Assembly: GCA_012798755.1 (NCBI GenBank)
Contig: JAAZMP010000098.1
Location: forward strand, 89,016 to 153,015
Source: Bacillota bacterium
Lineage (GTDB): Bacteria; Bacillota; Dethiobacteria; DTU022; UBA8154
DNA length: 64,000 nucleotides
Reading direction: 5' to 3'
The translations under genes were made by a program, and so were the position numbers. Shown in pieces: positions 39,310 through 49,348 of this stretch (the first letter of the stretch is position 1; the number at the start of each line of letters is the position of its first letter). The notes beneath the pieces are model-generated. The model made no database searches and was not told the DNA's origin. It saw only the letters and a program-made list of their open reading frames with translations.

Positions 39310-39445
39310 ATAGCTATGCCTCCAAAACTAAGCCTAATTATATATGAGTGCTCGCTTTTTTGTCAAGAATAACCGTTGATCACATAATTTGAAGACCTCA
39401 GACAGAGGTCTTCAAAAAATCCCGGTTTACGATGTCAGTCCTTTC

Positions 39446-39865
39446 TTAGTAGGTAACCCCATCTACCCCGTCCAACTTCTTATCGCTGAATGAAATTATG
39501 ATGCGATTGGGAACACAGACGATGCTTTGATAGTTGCGGCTTATCCATCCCGTATGTGCGCAAATCCCTCTAGGACACAGTTTAGGATCCAGGGGAAGCA
39601 TGCGCACCCTTCCTTCGTTGATTTCTAAAACGGCATGATGCTTGCCGTTTTCCCCGAAAGGAAAGCTCACGGTTTGTTCTGTTTGATCGTTAAAAGATAA
39701 TTCCATGACAAATTCGTTATCAACGTGCACCGTAACATACTTTTGCCCTGCGGATGCATCAAGGTGAAAATTTGACATAAAAATGATCAGACCAACAGCC
39801 AAAATACAAACAACAAATAATTTGTCATAGAAAGTCAGCTGTATTTTTATATTAACCACGCCCAC
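39446..39865 (-). CDS. NusG domain II-containing (DUF1312-like) membrane-anchored protein
   Basis: 139 aa with an N-terminal TM segment and a beta-rich C-terminal domain resembling the NusG_II family common in Clostridia. Confidence 0.4.
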   Translation of the reverse strand: MGVVNIKIQLTFYDKLFVVCILAVGLIIFMSNFHLDASAGQKYVTVHVDNEFVMELSFNDQTEQTVSFPFGENGKHHAVLEINEGRVRMLPLDPKLCPRGICAHTGWISRNYQSIVCVPNRIIISFSDKKLDGVDGVTY

Positions 39866-39952
39866 TTAAACTTTTGATGATACCAAATATTATTATATCA
39901 CAGCCGGTAGCAGTTAAAAAATATTTCCCTTAGCATAGGTAACGCGGGATTC

Positions 39953-40414
39953 TTACTCATTTAGGAAAATTTTAACGGTCGCACTGCCTTGGGCTACCAT
40001 TTCATTTTCACAATAAATACGGGCCTGTCCAAAGGTTACCGTCCCCCGACAGTGTATTATTTCTCCTTCTGCCACGACGACTCCCCCGGTTACAGCTTTG
40101 AAATAATTCACCTTCAGTTCCAAAGTGGCAATTCCTTTGACCTCTTTTTTGCTCAACAAAGCACTTCCTAAAGCAGCATCTACTAAGGAAGAAATTACTC
40201 CCCCATGTAAAGTTCCCATAGGGTTTACCAATTTTTCGTTTAAGGCAAGGGTCAGCCGGCAATGGGGATAAATGGCTTTTTCTACCTTTATTCCTAAAAG
40301 TTCTAAAAAGGGTGAAGGCGTTATGCTTTTGGTTTTATCCATAAATTGTCGACTCCTGGTATATTTAGATATTTTTCGACTTAATTCGTCAAGTCCCTTC
40401 TCTTTCTGCAACAA
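39953..40414 (-). CDS. PaaI-family hotdog-fold acyl-CoA thioesterase
   Basis: 153 aa with a NPMGTLHGGVISSLVDAALG motif typical of PaaI/4HBT-II thioesterases. Confidence 0.8.
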   Translation of the reverse strand: MLQKEKGLDELSRKISKYTRSRQFMDKTKSITPSPFLELLGIKVEKAIYPHCRLTLALNEKLVNPMGTLHGGVISSLVDAALGSALLSKKEVKGIATLELKVNYFKAVTGGVVVAEGEIIHCRGTVTFGQARIYCENEMVAQGSATVKIFLNE

Positions 40415-40442
40415 GCCGTCTATCAGGATAAATATAAAATAC

Positions 40443-40880
40443 TTATTTTACTATTAGTACTGAATTTTTGGCACAATGGGCAACCCTGTTGCTTACACTG
40501 CCCAATAACAGTTCTTTTACACCTCCAAGCCCTCTGCTTCCCATAACAATAAAATCAAACCTGCCTTCTTCAGCAATCTGGCAGATTAATTCCGCCGGGT
40601 GCCCAGATTTAAAAACTGTGTTTACCTCCAGTCCCTGTTTGTTGAATAGATCCTTCACCTTTTCTAAAACTTCTTTAGCCGCATTTTCCGCCCTTTCCTG
40701 GAAATTTTGTTGTACCAAAACAAGGTGCTCAGTAGCCATACCTTCATGATAAAAAGGTATATCCTGGACAACAGATAGGGCAGTAACATCAGCATCCATG
40801 CTTTTCGCCAATTTGATTGTTTTATTTACAGCTTTAAAAGAATTATCAGAACCATCAACAGCCAGCAATATTTTAAACAT
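40443..40880 (-). CDS. Universal stress protein (UspA family)
   Basis: 145 aa with ILLAVDGS...VMGSRGLGG...AHCAKNSVLIV motifs. Confidence 0.85.
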   Translation of the reverse strand: MFKILLAVDGSDNSFKAVNKTIKLAKSMDADVTALSVVQDIPFYHEGMATEHLVLVQQNFQERAENAAKEVLEKVKDLFNKQGLEVNTVFKSGHPAELICQIAEEGRFDFIVMGSRGLGGVKELLLGSVSNRVAHCAKNSVLIVK

Positions 40881-41025
40881 TGTAATACCCCCAATTTTTC
40901 AAATTTCCAGGAATCGTCCCTTGTAATATTCTTTTTTTTGATTTTAAAATCCTTTCTATCTTGAAATATAAATTTTTAGCAGCCTTGCAAAGGTATTTTT
41001 TTGTTTCTTTCAATCATAGATTGCA

Positions 41026-41568
41026 TCAGTTGTCCACAATTTTTTGCAGGGAATTTTTATAAACAGCCAAATCCTTTGCTCCAAAAAGAACAAACCGGAC
41101 CAGTTTTGGTTTAGCATGTTCCTCCAAAAACTTGATTACGGTTCTTATGGATATTTCGGCTGCTTCTTCTAAAGGATAGCCAAAAATCCCCGTACTGATT
41201 GCCGGGAAGGAAATACTATTCAGATCATGTTCTACGGCCAGGGAAAGGCTGTTAAAATAACAGTTTTCCAGATCCTTAGCGTTCTGGGGTGTATTGTCGT
41301 ATACAGGGCCCACCGTATGAACCACGAAGCGAGCCGCTAAATTATAACCGGAAGTTATTTTAGCCTCCCCCGTTTCACATCCACCCAGCTTTTTGCATTC
41401 TTCCCAAAGCCCCGGCCCGGCGGCCTTATGTATTGCACCGGCCACCCCGCCACCAGGGGCAAGTTTTTTGTTGGCAGCATTGACAATGGCATCCGTTTGT
41501 TGCTTTGTTATATCGCCTTTAACTATTTCCAACGTGCAATCCCCTATTTTGTAACCTGTTTTCCCCAA
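41026..41568 (-). CDS. Macro domain protein (O-acetyl-ADP-ribose deacetylase / ADP-ribose binding, YmdB-like)
   Basis: 180 aa with VNAANKKLAPGGGVAGAIHKAAG and a C-terminal ISTGIFGYP motif. Confidence 0.85.
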   Translation of the reverse strand: MGKTGYKIGDCTLEIVKGDITKQQTDAIVNAANKKLAPGGGVAGAIHKAAGPGLWEECKKLGGCETGEAKITSGYNLAARFVVHTVGPVYDNTPQNAKDLENCYFNSLSLAVEHDLNSISFPAISTGIFGYPLEEAAEISIRTVIKFLEEHAKPKLVRFVLFGAKDLAVYKNSLQKIVDN

Positions 41569-41643
41569 ATTGGTTTTCTCCTTTCAAATTTTTTATTTTG
41601 CCCTACTATAGATATTTTATAATCAAACGTTGATTTTACCCAA

Positions 41644-43020
41644 CTAAATCACCAGATCTTCATTAAGATGACTGCAGTTGGTAGCTATAGCATTCATGGC
41701 GGCAGCGTTTATTGGATAGGCAATAGGTGATGGTGAAACCAAAGGATGTGTTGCTGCTTGGAAAGTGTTAAGTTCAGTTGCCGTAGTATCTTTTTGAATA
41801 GCTAGACTTAAAATGTTATTAATTTCAGAAACCGTATCTCCACCGGAAATTTGGGCTCCAAGGATAATACCGGAGCACTTGGAAAATATCAATTTTATGT
41901 TAATTTCCTGGGCACCGGGCAAAGTGCCAGGGTGACGATCCATAGTTTTAAATTCACCGACCATAAGGCTGAAACCCTCTTGTTTTGCCCTGGTTTCTGT
42001 AAGACCGGCCGCTGCGAATGTTTTGCCTGTAATTTTCGTAGAAAACGTGCTAATTGTACCTTTGTTGGCACGTATCAACCTTAACTGAAAGGCATTGCTG
42101 CCTGCTACCTTAGCTTCCATTGCTGCAGTTGAAGCTAAAAGCAACGGTACGTCTTTCCCAGTGAAAAAACATTTCTTTTCCGCGCAGTCACCTACGGCAA
42201 AAATGTCAGGATCGCTGGTTCTCATATATTGATCAACTATGATAGCACCCTTAGTATTTATTTTTATACCACATTCTTTTGCTAAGTCACCATTGGGATT
42301 CACTCCCAATCCCAAGATTACCATGTCTGCGGGAACAACCTGGCCATTTTCCACTTCAACGGCTCTCACAGATTTTTCGCCCGTTATTTTTTTTACCTTG
42401 GTGTTTGTCATCACACTGATTCCTTTAGCGGATAAAAGGGACTCAATATCATCCGTATATTTTTTGTCAAAGGCCTGCCACAAACAGGAATCAGCCATTT
42501 CGATTAACGCAACTTCCTTGTCCAATTCCCTGATTTGTTCCGCAAATTCTACCCCGATGAATCCCCCTCCGATTACAACAACATTCTGAGCAGATTCTAA
42601 TTTATTAAAGATTTTACCAAGATGCTCTTCATCTTTCATTACCGGAAACACGTTATCAAGATCATGGCCCGGAATGAATGTGGGGATTATAGGTAGTGAA
42701 CCGGTAGCAATAACCAATTTTTTATAACTAAAAACCCCACTTTTCTTTGTTGTTACCGTTTTCTGTTCCTTATTTATTTTTAGTGCACTGTCAATAACTA
42801 AGTTGATATTGGCATTATGCAACACGGCATCCGGAATAATATTCTTCTTCAAATCCCGCAAGGTGCCATAAATGTATGGAATACCGCATGGCACCATAAC
42901 CGTTTCGGTTTCGCGGATCAAGGTAATTTCAAGATCGTCCCCATAAGATTTCCGCGCCATCGTGGCAGCCAGGATCCCACCTGCACTTCCCCCAATTACC
43001 AGCAGATCCGTTTTTTTCAT
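41644..43020 (-). CDS. FAD-dependent pyridine nucleotide-disulfide oxidoreductase (CoA-disulfide reductase / NADH oxidase family)
   Basis: 458 aa with a GGSAGG FAD motif, a redox Cys in VPCGIPY, and a second Rossmann motif (VVVIGGGFIG). Confidence 0.75.
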   Translation of the reverse strand: MKKTDLLVIGGSAGGILAATMARKSYGDDLEITLIRETETVMVPCGIPYIYGTLRDLKKNIIPDAVLHNANINLVIDSALKINKEQKTVTTKKSGVFSYKKLVIATGSLPIIPTFIPGHDLDNVFPVMKDEEHLGKIFNKLESAQNVVVIGGGFIGVEFAEQIRELDKEVALIEMADSCLWQAFDKKYTDDIESLLSAKGISVMTNTKVKKITGEKSVRAVEVENGQVVPADMVILGLGVNPNGDLAKECGIKINTKGAIIVDQYMRTSDPDIFAVGDCAEKKCFFTGKDVPLLLASTAAMEAKVAGSNAFQLRLIRANKGTISTFSTKITGKTFAAAGLTETRAKQEGFSLMVGEFKTMDRHPGTLPGAQEINIKLIFSKCSGIILGAQISGGDTVSEINNILSLAIQKDTTATELNTFQAATHPLVSPSPIAYPINAAAMNAIATNCSHLNEDLVI

Positions 43021-43058
43021 TTTACTCCTCCTTATGTACTTTTGTAAAAAAATTTCCC

Positions 43059-43625
43059 TTATTTCAGTATTCCGTTCAAAATGATATCGGAATATAATCT
43101 TGCTATTTCCTCCGGCTTCAAACGTCCGTCAGGTTTATACCAATGATACAGCCAATTACACATACCGATTATGGCATAGACAGTGGGGAGGATATCGTTA
43201 TCCTTAAAAATGTTTTTCTTTATGCCTTCTTCTAAAACACTTGCGATTTTGTTTTCATATTTTCTTTCCCTGATATTAATAGCTTTAAGATTTTCAGGAA
43301 GCAAATTGGCCTTTTCGCTAAAGAATATGGCAATGTTAGGCATTTCATCAATAAAAGCCATTATTTGATTATAAATAATTTTATGGATCAGTTGTTCAAC
43401 GGGCATTTTTTGCCCCATTAAATTTTTCAAACGCAATTCGGCTGTTGTCATAGCGTGATCGAATATTTCATAAAGAATTTCCTCCTTGCTCGAAACATAA
43501 TAGTATAAAGCAGCCTTGGTAACATTTAAAGCATCTGCAATATCTTGAACGCTTGTCGCGGAAAAACTTTTTTCATTGAACAAACGGACAGCTGTTTGAA
43601 TTATCTTTTGTTTGGTTAAACTCAT
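43059..43625 (-). CDS. TetR/AcrR family transcriptional regulator
   Basis: N-terminal HTH FSATSVQDIADALNVTKAALYYYVSSKEEIL. An SD (GGAGGG) precedes the ATG. Confidence 0.9.
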   Translation of the reverse strand: MSLTKQKIIQTAVRLFNEKSFSATSVQDIADALNVTKAALYYYVSSKEEILYEIFDHAMTTAELRLKNLMGQKMPVEQLIHKIIYNQIMAFIDEMPNIAIFFSEKANLLPENLKAINIRERKYENKIASVLEEGIKKNIFKDNDILPTVYAIIGMCNWLYHWYKPDGRLKPEEIARLYSDIILNGILK

Positions 43626-43675
43626 CTTTACCCTCCAGTATCCCTGTACGGTTTTGTACCAGATATAGTTTTTCT

Positions 43676-43689
43676 ATAGTGTACACTAT
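43676..43689. promoter_or_regulatory. Perfect 14-bp palindrome ATAGTGTACACTAT, a candidate TetR operator
   Basis: An exact inverted repeat about 50 nt upstream of the tetR start codon, in the tetR 5' region. Confidence 0.55.
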
Positions 43690-43807
43690 TCCCCCTATTA
43701 CGACAACTATTCTAACACATAGAAATACCTTCCCTTCAAACAGAAAGGTTGTTGTAGTTTACACCTCCCGGTGTATTAACAATACCAAGGAATTTGAACA
43801 TAATAAT

Positions 43808-43846
43808 TTGTAGGCACTGGCGGTATTATCCTCAGTGCCTACAAAT
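43808..43846 (-). terminator. Long perfect hairpin (13-bp stem TTTGTAGGCACTG / CAGTGCCTACAAA with a 13-nt loop), probable terminator of the ligase-transporter operon
   Basis: Seen directly. On the minus strand it is followed by AUUAUUAUG. It lies between the small ORF and tetR. Confidence 0.5.
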
Positions 43847-43955
43847 CCTGTGAAACATTTTAGAAGCTTATGCCAAGGTTCTACATTGATGAAAATAATA
43901 AAAGTGCTATATTATAGAGTTGTTTTTGGCTGTCATGTAGTTAATCTATCAATTC

Positions 43956-44141
43956 TCAGTCGGTATATTGTTCATACTCAAGATCAAGATCGCTGGTTAG
44001 CTGCCACACAACGCTAAGTGCCCGACGTGCATTATAATAAATAGCAGGAAAGTCTTCCACTTCACATAATTCCTTTAGTAAATTATAGACATGCTGAACC
44101 TTTTCTTTTACCAATTCGGGATTTTTTTGATAGGACAACAC
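43956..44141 (-). CDS. Small acidic hypothetical protein (61 aa) immediately downstream of the CoA ligase
   Basis: The ORF starts 16 nt after the ligase stop and has no recognisable domain. The call rests on tight operon placement only. Confidence 0.3.
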   Translation of the reverse strand: MLSYQKNPELVKEKVQHVYNLLKELCEVEDFPAIYYNARRALSVVWQLTSDLDLEYEQYTD

Positions 44142-44157
44142 TTTAAAACCCCCTAAA

Positions 44158-45492
44158 TTATTTTTTAGTGCGCAAATCTCGGAACCTACGTGATTTTAGT
44201 TCATACTTTGGCAGAGCCCCTGGTTCCGCTATTTCAACATTGAAGGATAAACGATGCGCTTCATACAGTTTTTTTGATACTATTTTTTGCAAGTGTTGAT
44301 TTCTCCTGGGGAAATATTCCGGGAATAGTTCTATTTTTACTTTGACTTGATCAATGTCTTTTTCTTTGTAAATTATTATTTGAAATTCGTCAACTTCTTT
44401 AAATTCCCTGACTATGTCTTCAATGGCTGAGGGAAAAATATTTACTCCCCTCACATGTTTCATATCATCTGCTCTTCCTATTATCCCACCTTTGAAAAGA
44501 TCGAATGTTCTTCCACAGGAACAAAAACTGCTTTCAACACGTTCTACCAAATCGCCGGTTCGGTAGCGAATAAGTGGAAAGGCCCCCCTTCCAAAGGAAG
44601 TGATCACTAGTTCCCCCCGTTGACCGTAAGATAAATTATCTGCTGTCAAAGGATCGATAACTTCTTGTATATAATGGTCCTCTATAATATGGATCCCATC
44701 ACTTTGTTCGTTGCATTCGTAACAGGTTATGCCTCCTGTTTCAGACATTCCGGTAAAATCAGCTACTTTGGCGCCCCAAGTATCTTCCAACATTTTTTTC
44801 GTCCCAGGAATACTGCCCCCAGGTTCACCGGAATTAACTATATATTTTACTTTAGAGTCTTGGGCCAAATCAATACCCATTTCCCCGGCTACTTGAGCAA
44901 GCCTTATAGCATAGGTTGGTGTTGTGATAAGAGTCGTCACTTCCAACTCCATTATTTTATCGATACGTTCCTCACTGGACATTCCCCCTGTAGGTATAGT
45001 CAATGCACCAATTTTTTCACAAGCATAATGCGCAAGCCAAAAACCAATAAAAGTTCCATAACCTGAAGCTATCATGCATATATCTGTATCCCTGATGCCA
45101 AAAGCGTATAATCCATAACACCACATCTCCGACCCCCATTCCCAATCTTTCCTTCCATCCAAAATGCGTAAAGGGCCTTTTCCTGATGTTCCAGAGGTTT
45201 GGTGATACCTCACTGCTTGTTTATCATTAACGGTCATGAATTCCCCAAAAAGGGGATTTTCCAGCTGGGACTCACTTAACTCTTCCCTTGTCAAAAAGGG
45301 TATTTTTTTGATGTCTTCCAGGGATTTAATATCGCCTGGTTCAAAACCTACTGCATCAAGTTTCCCCTTCCATAAAGGGCTATTGTTATAAGCCCAGTCC
45401 ACAAGTACTTTTAACTTTTTTAGTTGGATTTTTCCTAAACCGTCCCTCGACATTAATTCCGTTTTTGGATTCCAATAATTTTGATTCTTCAT
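44158..45492 (-). CDS. Phenylacetate-CoA ligase (PaaK) family adenylate-forming enzyme (coenzyme F390 synthetase-like)
   Basis: 444 aa. An N-terminal PaaK-type domain (GKIQLKKLKVLVDWAYNNSPLWKGKL...IKKIPFLTREEL) is followed by an AMP-binding core (TSGTSGKGP) and a C-terminal domain. Confidence 0.8.
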   Translation of the reverse strand: MKNQNYWNPKTELMSRDGLGKIQLKKLKVLVDWAYNNSPLWKGKLDAVGFEPGDIKSLEDIKKIPFLTREELSESQLENPLFGEFMTVNDKQAVRYHQTSGTSGKGPLRILDGRKDWEWGSEMWCYGLYAFGIRDTDICMIASGYGTFIGFWLAHYACEKIGALTIPTGGMSSEERIDKIMELEVTTLITTPTYAIRLAQVAGEMGIDLAQDSKVKYIVNSGEPGGSIPGTKKMLEDTWGAKVADFTGMSETGGITCYECNEQSDGIHIIEDHYIQEVIDPLTADNLSYGQRGELVITSFGRGAFPLIRYRTGDLVERVESSFCSCGRTFDLFKGGIIGRADDMKHVRGVNIFPSAIEDIVREFKEVDEFQIIIYKEKDIDQVKVKIELFPEYFPRRNQHLQKIVSKKLYEAHRLSFNVEIAEPGALPKYELKSRRFRDLRTKK

Positions 45493-45539
45493 GATCTCCC
45501 TCCCCAGATCAGATGTTTTTTAACACTTCCGAAAACTAT

Positions 45540-47039
45540 TTAGCTTTCGTACACTTCATCAAACACCGTGAATATATTTTCAGTATTTAGCTTTGGTGCC
45601 GGTCTGGTAATCAGTGATACTGCTACCATTAGCACTACAGAAAGTATAAACCCGGGCGCAGCATAATGTGTGCCAAATGTAGTCCATTCCGGCAACACAT
45701 GAAAGGCCCACAGGGCAACACTGGTAACTCCTATAATCGAGGAAACAATAACCCCCCATTTGCTGGCCCGTTTCCAGTAAAGACAACCGAAATACGCGGG
45801 AAAAAGGGTGGCAAATCCCGCAAAAGAAAATTCCGCTATAGCCAGGATAGTAGCTGGTCTTACTAAAACCAACAAATATACTACTATTGCCACAATTAAA
45901 ATAAATATCCGGCTTAAATAGCTATCCTGTTTAGACGAAAGTTTTGTACCTCCTTTTTCTAAAATTGGTTTAACTATATCATCAGAAAAAATGGAAGATA
46001 CCACTAAAAGCATTCCATGCAAAGAAGAAAGAATAGCTGCCAAAATACCTGCCCCCAGGAGCCCGGTCATCCAAGGAGGCGCATATATTTCAGCTAACAT
46101 TGGCATTACATCGTCAACTGATGCACCAACTAAGCCAGGCACACCTACGCTTCCCCATACACCCAGGGTTATGGCCATAAACATAAATATCGTCATAAGG
46201 ATTGGGTATATAACCACATTCAGTTGGATAGCACGAGGAGATTCAGCAGACATGTTTCTTACTAGTATGTGGGGTACAACTCCATTGGAAATGCCTGTGC
46301 ACAACAAACTAAAGGGTATCCAATAGCCCAAGCGTTGCACTCCTTTGCCTCCCAAGGAAAGCATTTCATCCGGTAATTTTGCGATGATTTGTGTGCCTTT
46401 TCCCAACGCGTTGTATACTATGAACATCATGAAAACCAAGACACCGATCATCAAGATTCCCTGGAAAATATTTGTCCAGGCAGTTCCACGCATTCCTCCT
46501 GAATATGCTATATAGGTACTTGCCAATAAAATGACAAGGGCTCCCAACCAATAAGGAATTATTCCTTTAGTCACCGCTGATATGGCAATCCCCGAACCTA
46601 TTCCGCAGATTAAAATATAGGGTATGGTTAACAATATTTGCAAAGCTGCAACAACAAATCTTGGGGAATCATTTCCAAACCTGCTTTCACCCAAAAATTG
46701 TACTGGAGTTACAAAATTGTATCTCGCTGCAAGAAGCCATGCACGATATCCAATCAGGTAAAAACCAGCAGCAGATGCAAAATTGGCCATACCCTGTAAG
46801 TACCCTAGAGTTGAAAATCCTAATTCATACGCAGCGCCGGGTGCCCCCAGCATACCAAAAGCAGTAATTTGTGATCCGAAAATTGCAAAAACAAGTGCAA
46901 TAAAGCCTAAAGATCTGTTGGCAGTAAAAAGATCCGAAGGTGTAACCTTCATAACACGGGATGCCCAATAGCCAATCAGAATTGTGATCGCTAAATACAA
47001 AATAAGAATAGTGGTTGTAAGTAAGACGTTAACAGGCAT
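45540..47039 (-). CDS. Sodium:solute symporter (SSS family) permease
   Basis: 499 aa with about 13 TM helices and SSS family sequence features. It is paired with an upstream DUF4212 gene. Confidence 0.8.
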   Translation of the reverse strand: MPVNVLLTTTILILYLAITILIGYWASRVMKVTPSDLFTANRSLGFIALVFAIFGSQITAFGMLGAPGAAYELGFSTLGYLQGMANFASAAGFYLIGYRAWLLAARYNFVTPVQFLGESRFGNDSPRFVVAALQILLTIPYILICGIGSGIAISAVTKGIIPYWLGALVILLASTYIAYSGGMRGTAWTNIFQGILMIGVLVFMMFIVYNALGKGTQIIAKLPDEMLSLGGKGVQRLGYWIPFSLLCTGISNGVVPHILVRNMSAESPRAIQLNVVIYPILMTIFMFMAITLGVWGSVGVPGLVGASVDDVMPMLAEIYAPPWMTGLLGAGILAAILSSLHGMLLVVSSIFSDDIVKPILEKGGTKLSSKQDSYLSRIFILIVAIVVYLLVLVRPATILAIAEFSFAGFATLFPAYFGCLYWKRASKWGVIVSSIIGVTSVALWAFHVLPEWTTFGTHYAAPGFILSVVLMVAVSLITRPAPKLNTENIFTVFDEVYES

Positions 47040-47073
47040 TGGCTGTTCCTCCTGTTTTTCAATTCCTTTTCAT

Positions 47074-47340
47074 TTACTTTTTTAACGTTTTATATTCCTT
47101 CGGCAAAGGCCAACTAAATATTTGGATAATATAGTTAAAAGCCGAATAGCCTACAGATATTAACAAGGTACGATATAAATACTCCCCGGGTATCCAACCA
47201 AAATAAATGTTTTGTTTTCCCCAATTCCAAAAGTCAACATGCAAGATCAGCGCAAAAACAAACATTATCATAATAAAAATCAATGAACCACTGGTGGTTT
47301 TAAAATAATTTGTGAGACTTTTCACCTTGCCGCTCAACAT
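47074..47340 (-). CDS. DUF4212 small membrane protein (putative SSS transporter small subunit)
   Basis: 88 aa with 2 TM helices and the conserved FWNWG...YFGW pattern of DUF4212. It always accompanies an SSS permease. Confidence 0.7.
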   Translation of the reverse strand: MLSGKVKSLTNYFKTTSGSLIFIMIMFVFALILHVDFWNWGKQNIYFGWIPGEYLYRTLLISVGYSAFNYIIQIFSWPLPKEYKTLKK

Positions 47341-47572
47341 CAGTTCGCACCCCCTTTCTTTAGTGTTAAATTCTTTGCCGGTGTAAAAATTACGACAAGA
47401 CTTTTTGAAACTTTAGCTGTTTATGTAACATTTTTATAATTTAGATAAATATGGTTTGGAATATCTAGTGAAAATGAGCAAAAATTATAGTGTGAAGGAA
47501 ACTCGAAGTAAAATTGCAGCAATGTTTGTATGCAAATGCATTACCTATCAAAAGCGCTAATCGCCCGTTCTT

Positions 47573-47595
47573 TACTTACCGCCTAGTAAATTATA
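47573..47595 (-). promoter_or_regulatory. Putative promoter -10 (TATAAT, 47590..47595) plus TACT-N8-AGTA operator for the DUF4212-SSS-ligase operon
   Basis: Minus strand reads ttatcaagtgaacctatctaatTATAATtTACTaggcggtaAGTA. It has the same -10/operator geometry as the other two island promoters. Confidence 0.45.
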
Positions 47596-47654
47596 AATTA
47601 GATAGGTTCACTTGATAATACATTCACAAGGCGGACATATTTATAATAGTTACC

Positions 47655-49214
47655 CTATTTTCGTTTCCACAGTTCAAAGGCGCCTTTCGGACTTTTGAAG
47701 TGGAAACTTGAAACTTTGGGCTGCAGGCTCAACTTATCTATAAGTTCCAGTATTGGCATATCACGTGTGGAGAATTTCATAAATTTGCTGCCGCGCTCCT
47801 CAATGGCTTTGTACATGGTATCTATTTCGTCTTGACCCTTCATAAGATAGCGTAATATGAACTCTTCATCGGAAAGATGAACGGCATCAAGTTGCTTTCT
47901 TACCTCTTTAACAGTTAAGTACTGTGTCACCTTTTTATGATGTTCCCATTCTTTTTGCAGCTCCTTTGCCCTAGGCATGCTCAAAAATTTGTCCTTTAAG
48001 TTTGGTTCCATTTCCAAATATCCGGAATCCTCTGAAAAACAACCTATAGCAACTTTAAGCATTTCATCAACAACCGCCTTATAACGCTCACCCGTAGCTA
48101 CATTAAGTGCGGCTTGGGTGCAAACAAATTGCGAATAAGGAGTAATCATATGCGGATGGCCGGTTTCTTCGCATATTTTTATTACCTCTTCTGCAACTTC
48201 GTCTATCCTGCCTGTAAGATTTAATTCCTTTAGCTGGTGCACTGTATTAGATATAACGCCACCGGGGATTTTGTGTTTGTAGAGATACAAATTATAGCGC
48301 GTGGGCCCGAAATAAGTCGGCATAGGATAGTCCCCCACTGCCCTTACAGCATCTTTTGGGCCCACCTGTTTCGCCATAGCATATATACACTCAGAAACTC
48401 TTTGGATCCGTTCCAAGTCAAGATTTATTTCCAGGCCAAGGTGTTTACAATTATCCGCGACGTTAAAAACACTTGGCTGCGCCGTCCCCTCAGCCATAGG
48501 AGGGGTTGCAACATGGAAGATCCGGCATCCCATTTTCATCGCTTCCACATAAACAACATCGGCCATGCCTGTGGTACAGTGACTATGAAGTTCAATAGGT
48601 AAACCCTTTGAATGTTTTTGAACAATCGGCAACACTTTTCTAATTGAGTCCACGTCCAGCAATCCCCCGGCATCCTTTATATACATAGAAGTGGGTTCGT
48701 AAGCGGCCATAAGTTTTGTTTTGTCTTCAAAATAGCCCTCGGCCTGGTGTCTCGGGGATATGTAATAACAAACAGCAAAATTGATGCCTAGACCCAATTT
48801 TTTAATCAAGGGGATAAACCATTCGTAACGTTCTGTACCATAGATGTTGCCCATGACCTGGACACGTTGCAGTGCTCCATAATTTACAAGCAGCGTTAAA
48901 AACAATTCTATTATTGAACGGGGAGTGTCCCACATATCCCAGGGATTAATGCCCGGTTCGTACATTATACCTTTTTTAGTTTTAGTTTGACCGAACATTC
49001 TTACCATTTCCCAAATATCTTCCCTTAAGTCACGGGTATACTTTTTAAAATTTGGAGTAACGTAGGGAGCATCAATGTAAGCGTAACCAGCTTTATCAAT
49101 ATCTTCGAGTATTTCTTTCATCATACCGGCCGGCATGCCTGATGCCCAGTTGCTCTGGGCTCCATCACGCATTGTAGTATCAACAAAATTGACAATCTTT
49201 TTCATAATTTTCAC
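47655..49214 (-). CDS. PycB/OadA-like carboxyltransferase (HMGL-like DRE-TIM barrel; transcarboxylase 5S-type) without a biotinyl domain
   Basis: N-terminal VDTTMRDGAQS and metal-site LHSHCTTGMA motifs match the pyruvate carboxylase subunit B / oxaloacetate decarboxylase alpha carboxyltransferase domain. The 519-aa protein ends ...FELWKRK with no AMKM biotin attachment motif. Confidence 0.65.
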   Translation of the reverse strand: MKIMKKIVNFVDTTMRDGAQSNWASGMPAGMMKEILEDIDKAGYAYIDAPYVTPNFKKYTRDLREDIWEMVRMFGQTKTKKGIMYEPGINPWDMWDTPRSIIELFLTLLVNYGALQRVQVMGNIYGTERYEWFIPLIKKLGLGINFAVCYYISPRHQAEGYFEDKTKLMAAYEPTSMYIKDAGGLLDVDSIRKVLPIVQKHSKGLPIELHSHCTTGMADVVYVEAMKMGCRIFHVATPPMAEGTAQPSVFNVADNCKHLGLEINLDLERIQRVSECIYAMAKQVGPKDAVRAVGDYPMPTYFGPTRYNLYLYKHKIPGGVISNTVHQLKELNLTGRIDEVAEEVIKICEETGHPHMITPYSQFVCTQAALNVATGERYKAVVDEMLKVAIGCFSEDSGYLEMEPNLKDKFLSMPRAKELQKEWEHHKKVTQYLTVKEVRKQLDAVHLSDEEFILRYLMKGQDEIDTMYKAIEERGSKFMKFSTRDMPILELIDKLSLQPKVSSFHFKSPKGAFELWKRK

Positions 49215-49310
49215 CTCAGCATTTTTTATAAGTTTTACTGAATTTATTTATGCTCATCATTAACTATTAAGAATATACTTATAACATCTAAAGGATAGCC
49301 CTTACTAACT

Positions 49311-49348
49311 GTTTAGTAGATTATAAAACAAACTTACCCCTTTGTCAA
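49311..49348 (-). promoter_or_regulatory. Consensus sigma-A promoter (GTATTGACAAA-17-TATAAT) with an overlapping TACTAAACAGTTAGTA inverted repeat, upstream of the carboxyltransferase gene
   Basis: -35 at 49343..49348 and -10 at 49320..49325. The inverted repeat TACT-N8-AGTA at 49303..49318 starts 1 nt after the -10. Confidence 0.6.

Noticed and set aside
47655-49214. Considered calling the 519-aa TIM-barrel protein 2-isopropylmalate/homocitrate synthase or 4-hydroxy-2-oxovalerate aldolase
   Set aside because: The metal-site motif LHSHCTTG and the overall length fit the PycB/OadA/5S carboxyltransferase branch better than the LeuA (HxH...N) or DmpG branches. The assignment remains only moderately confident.
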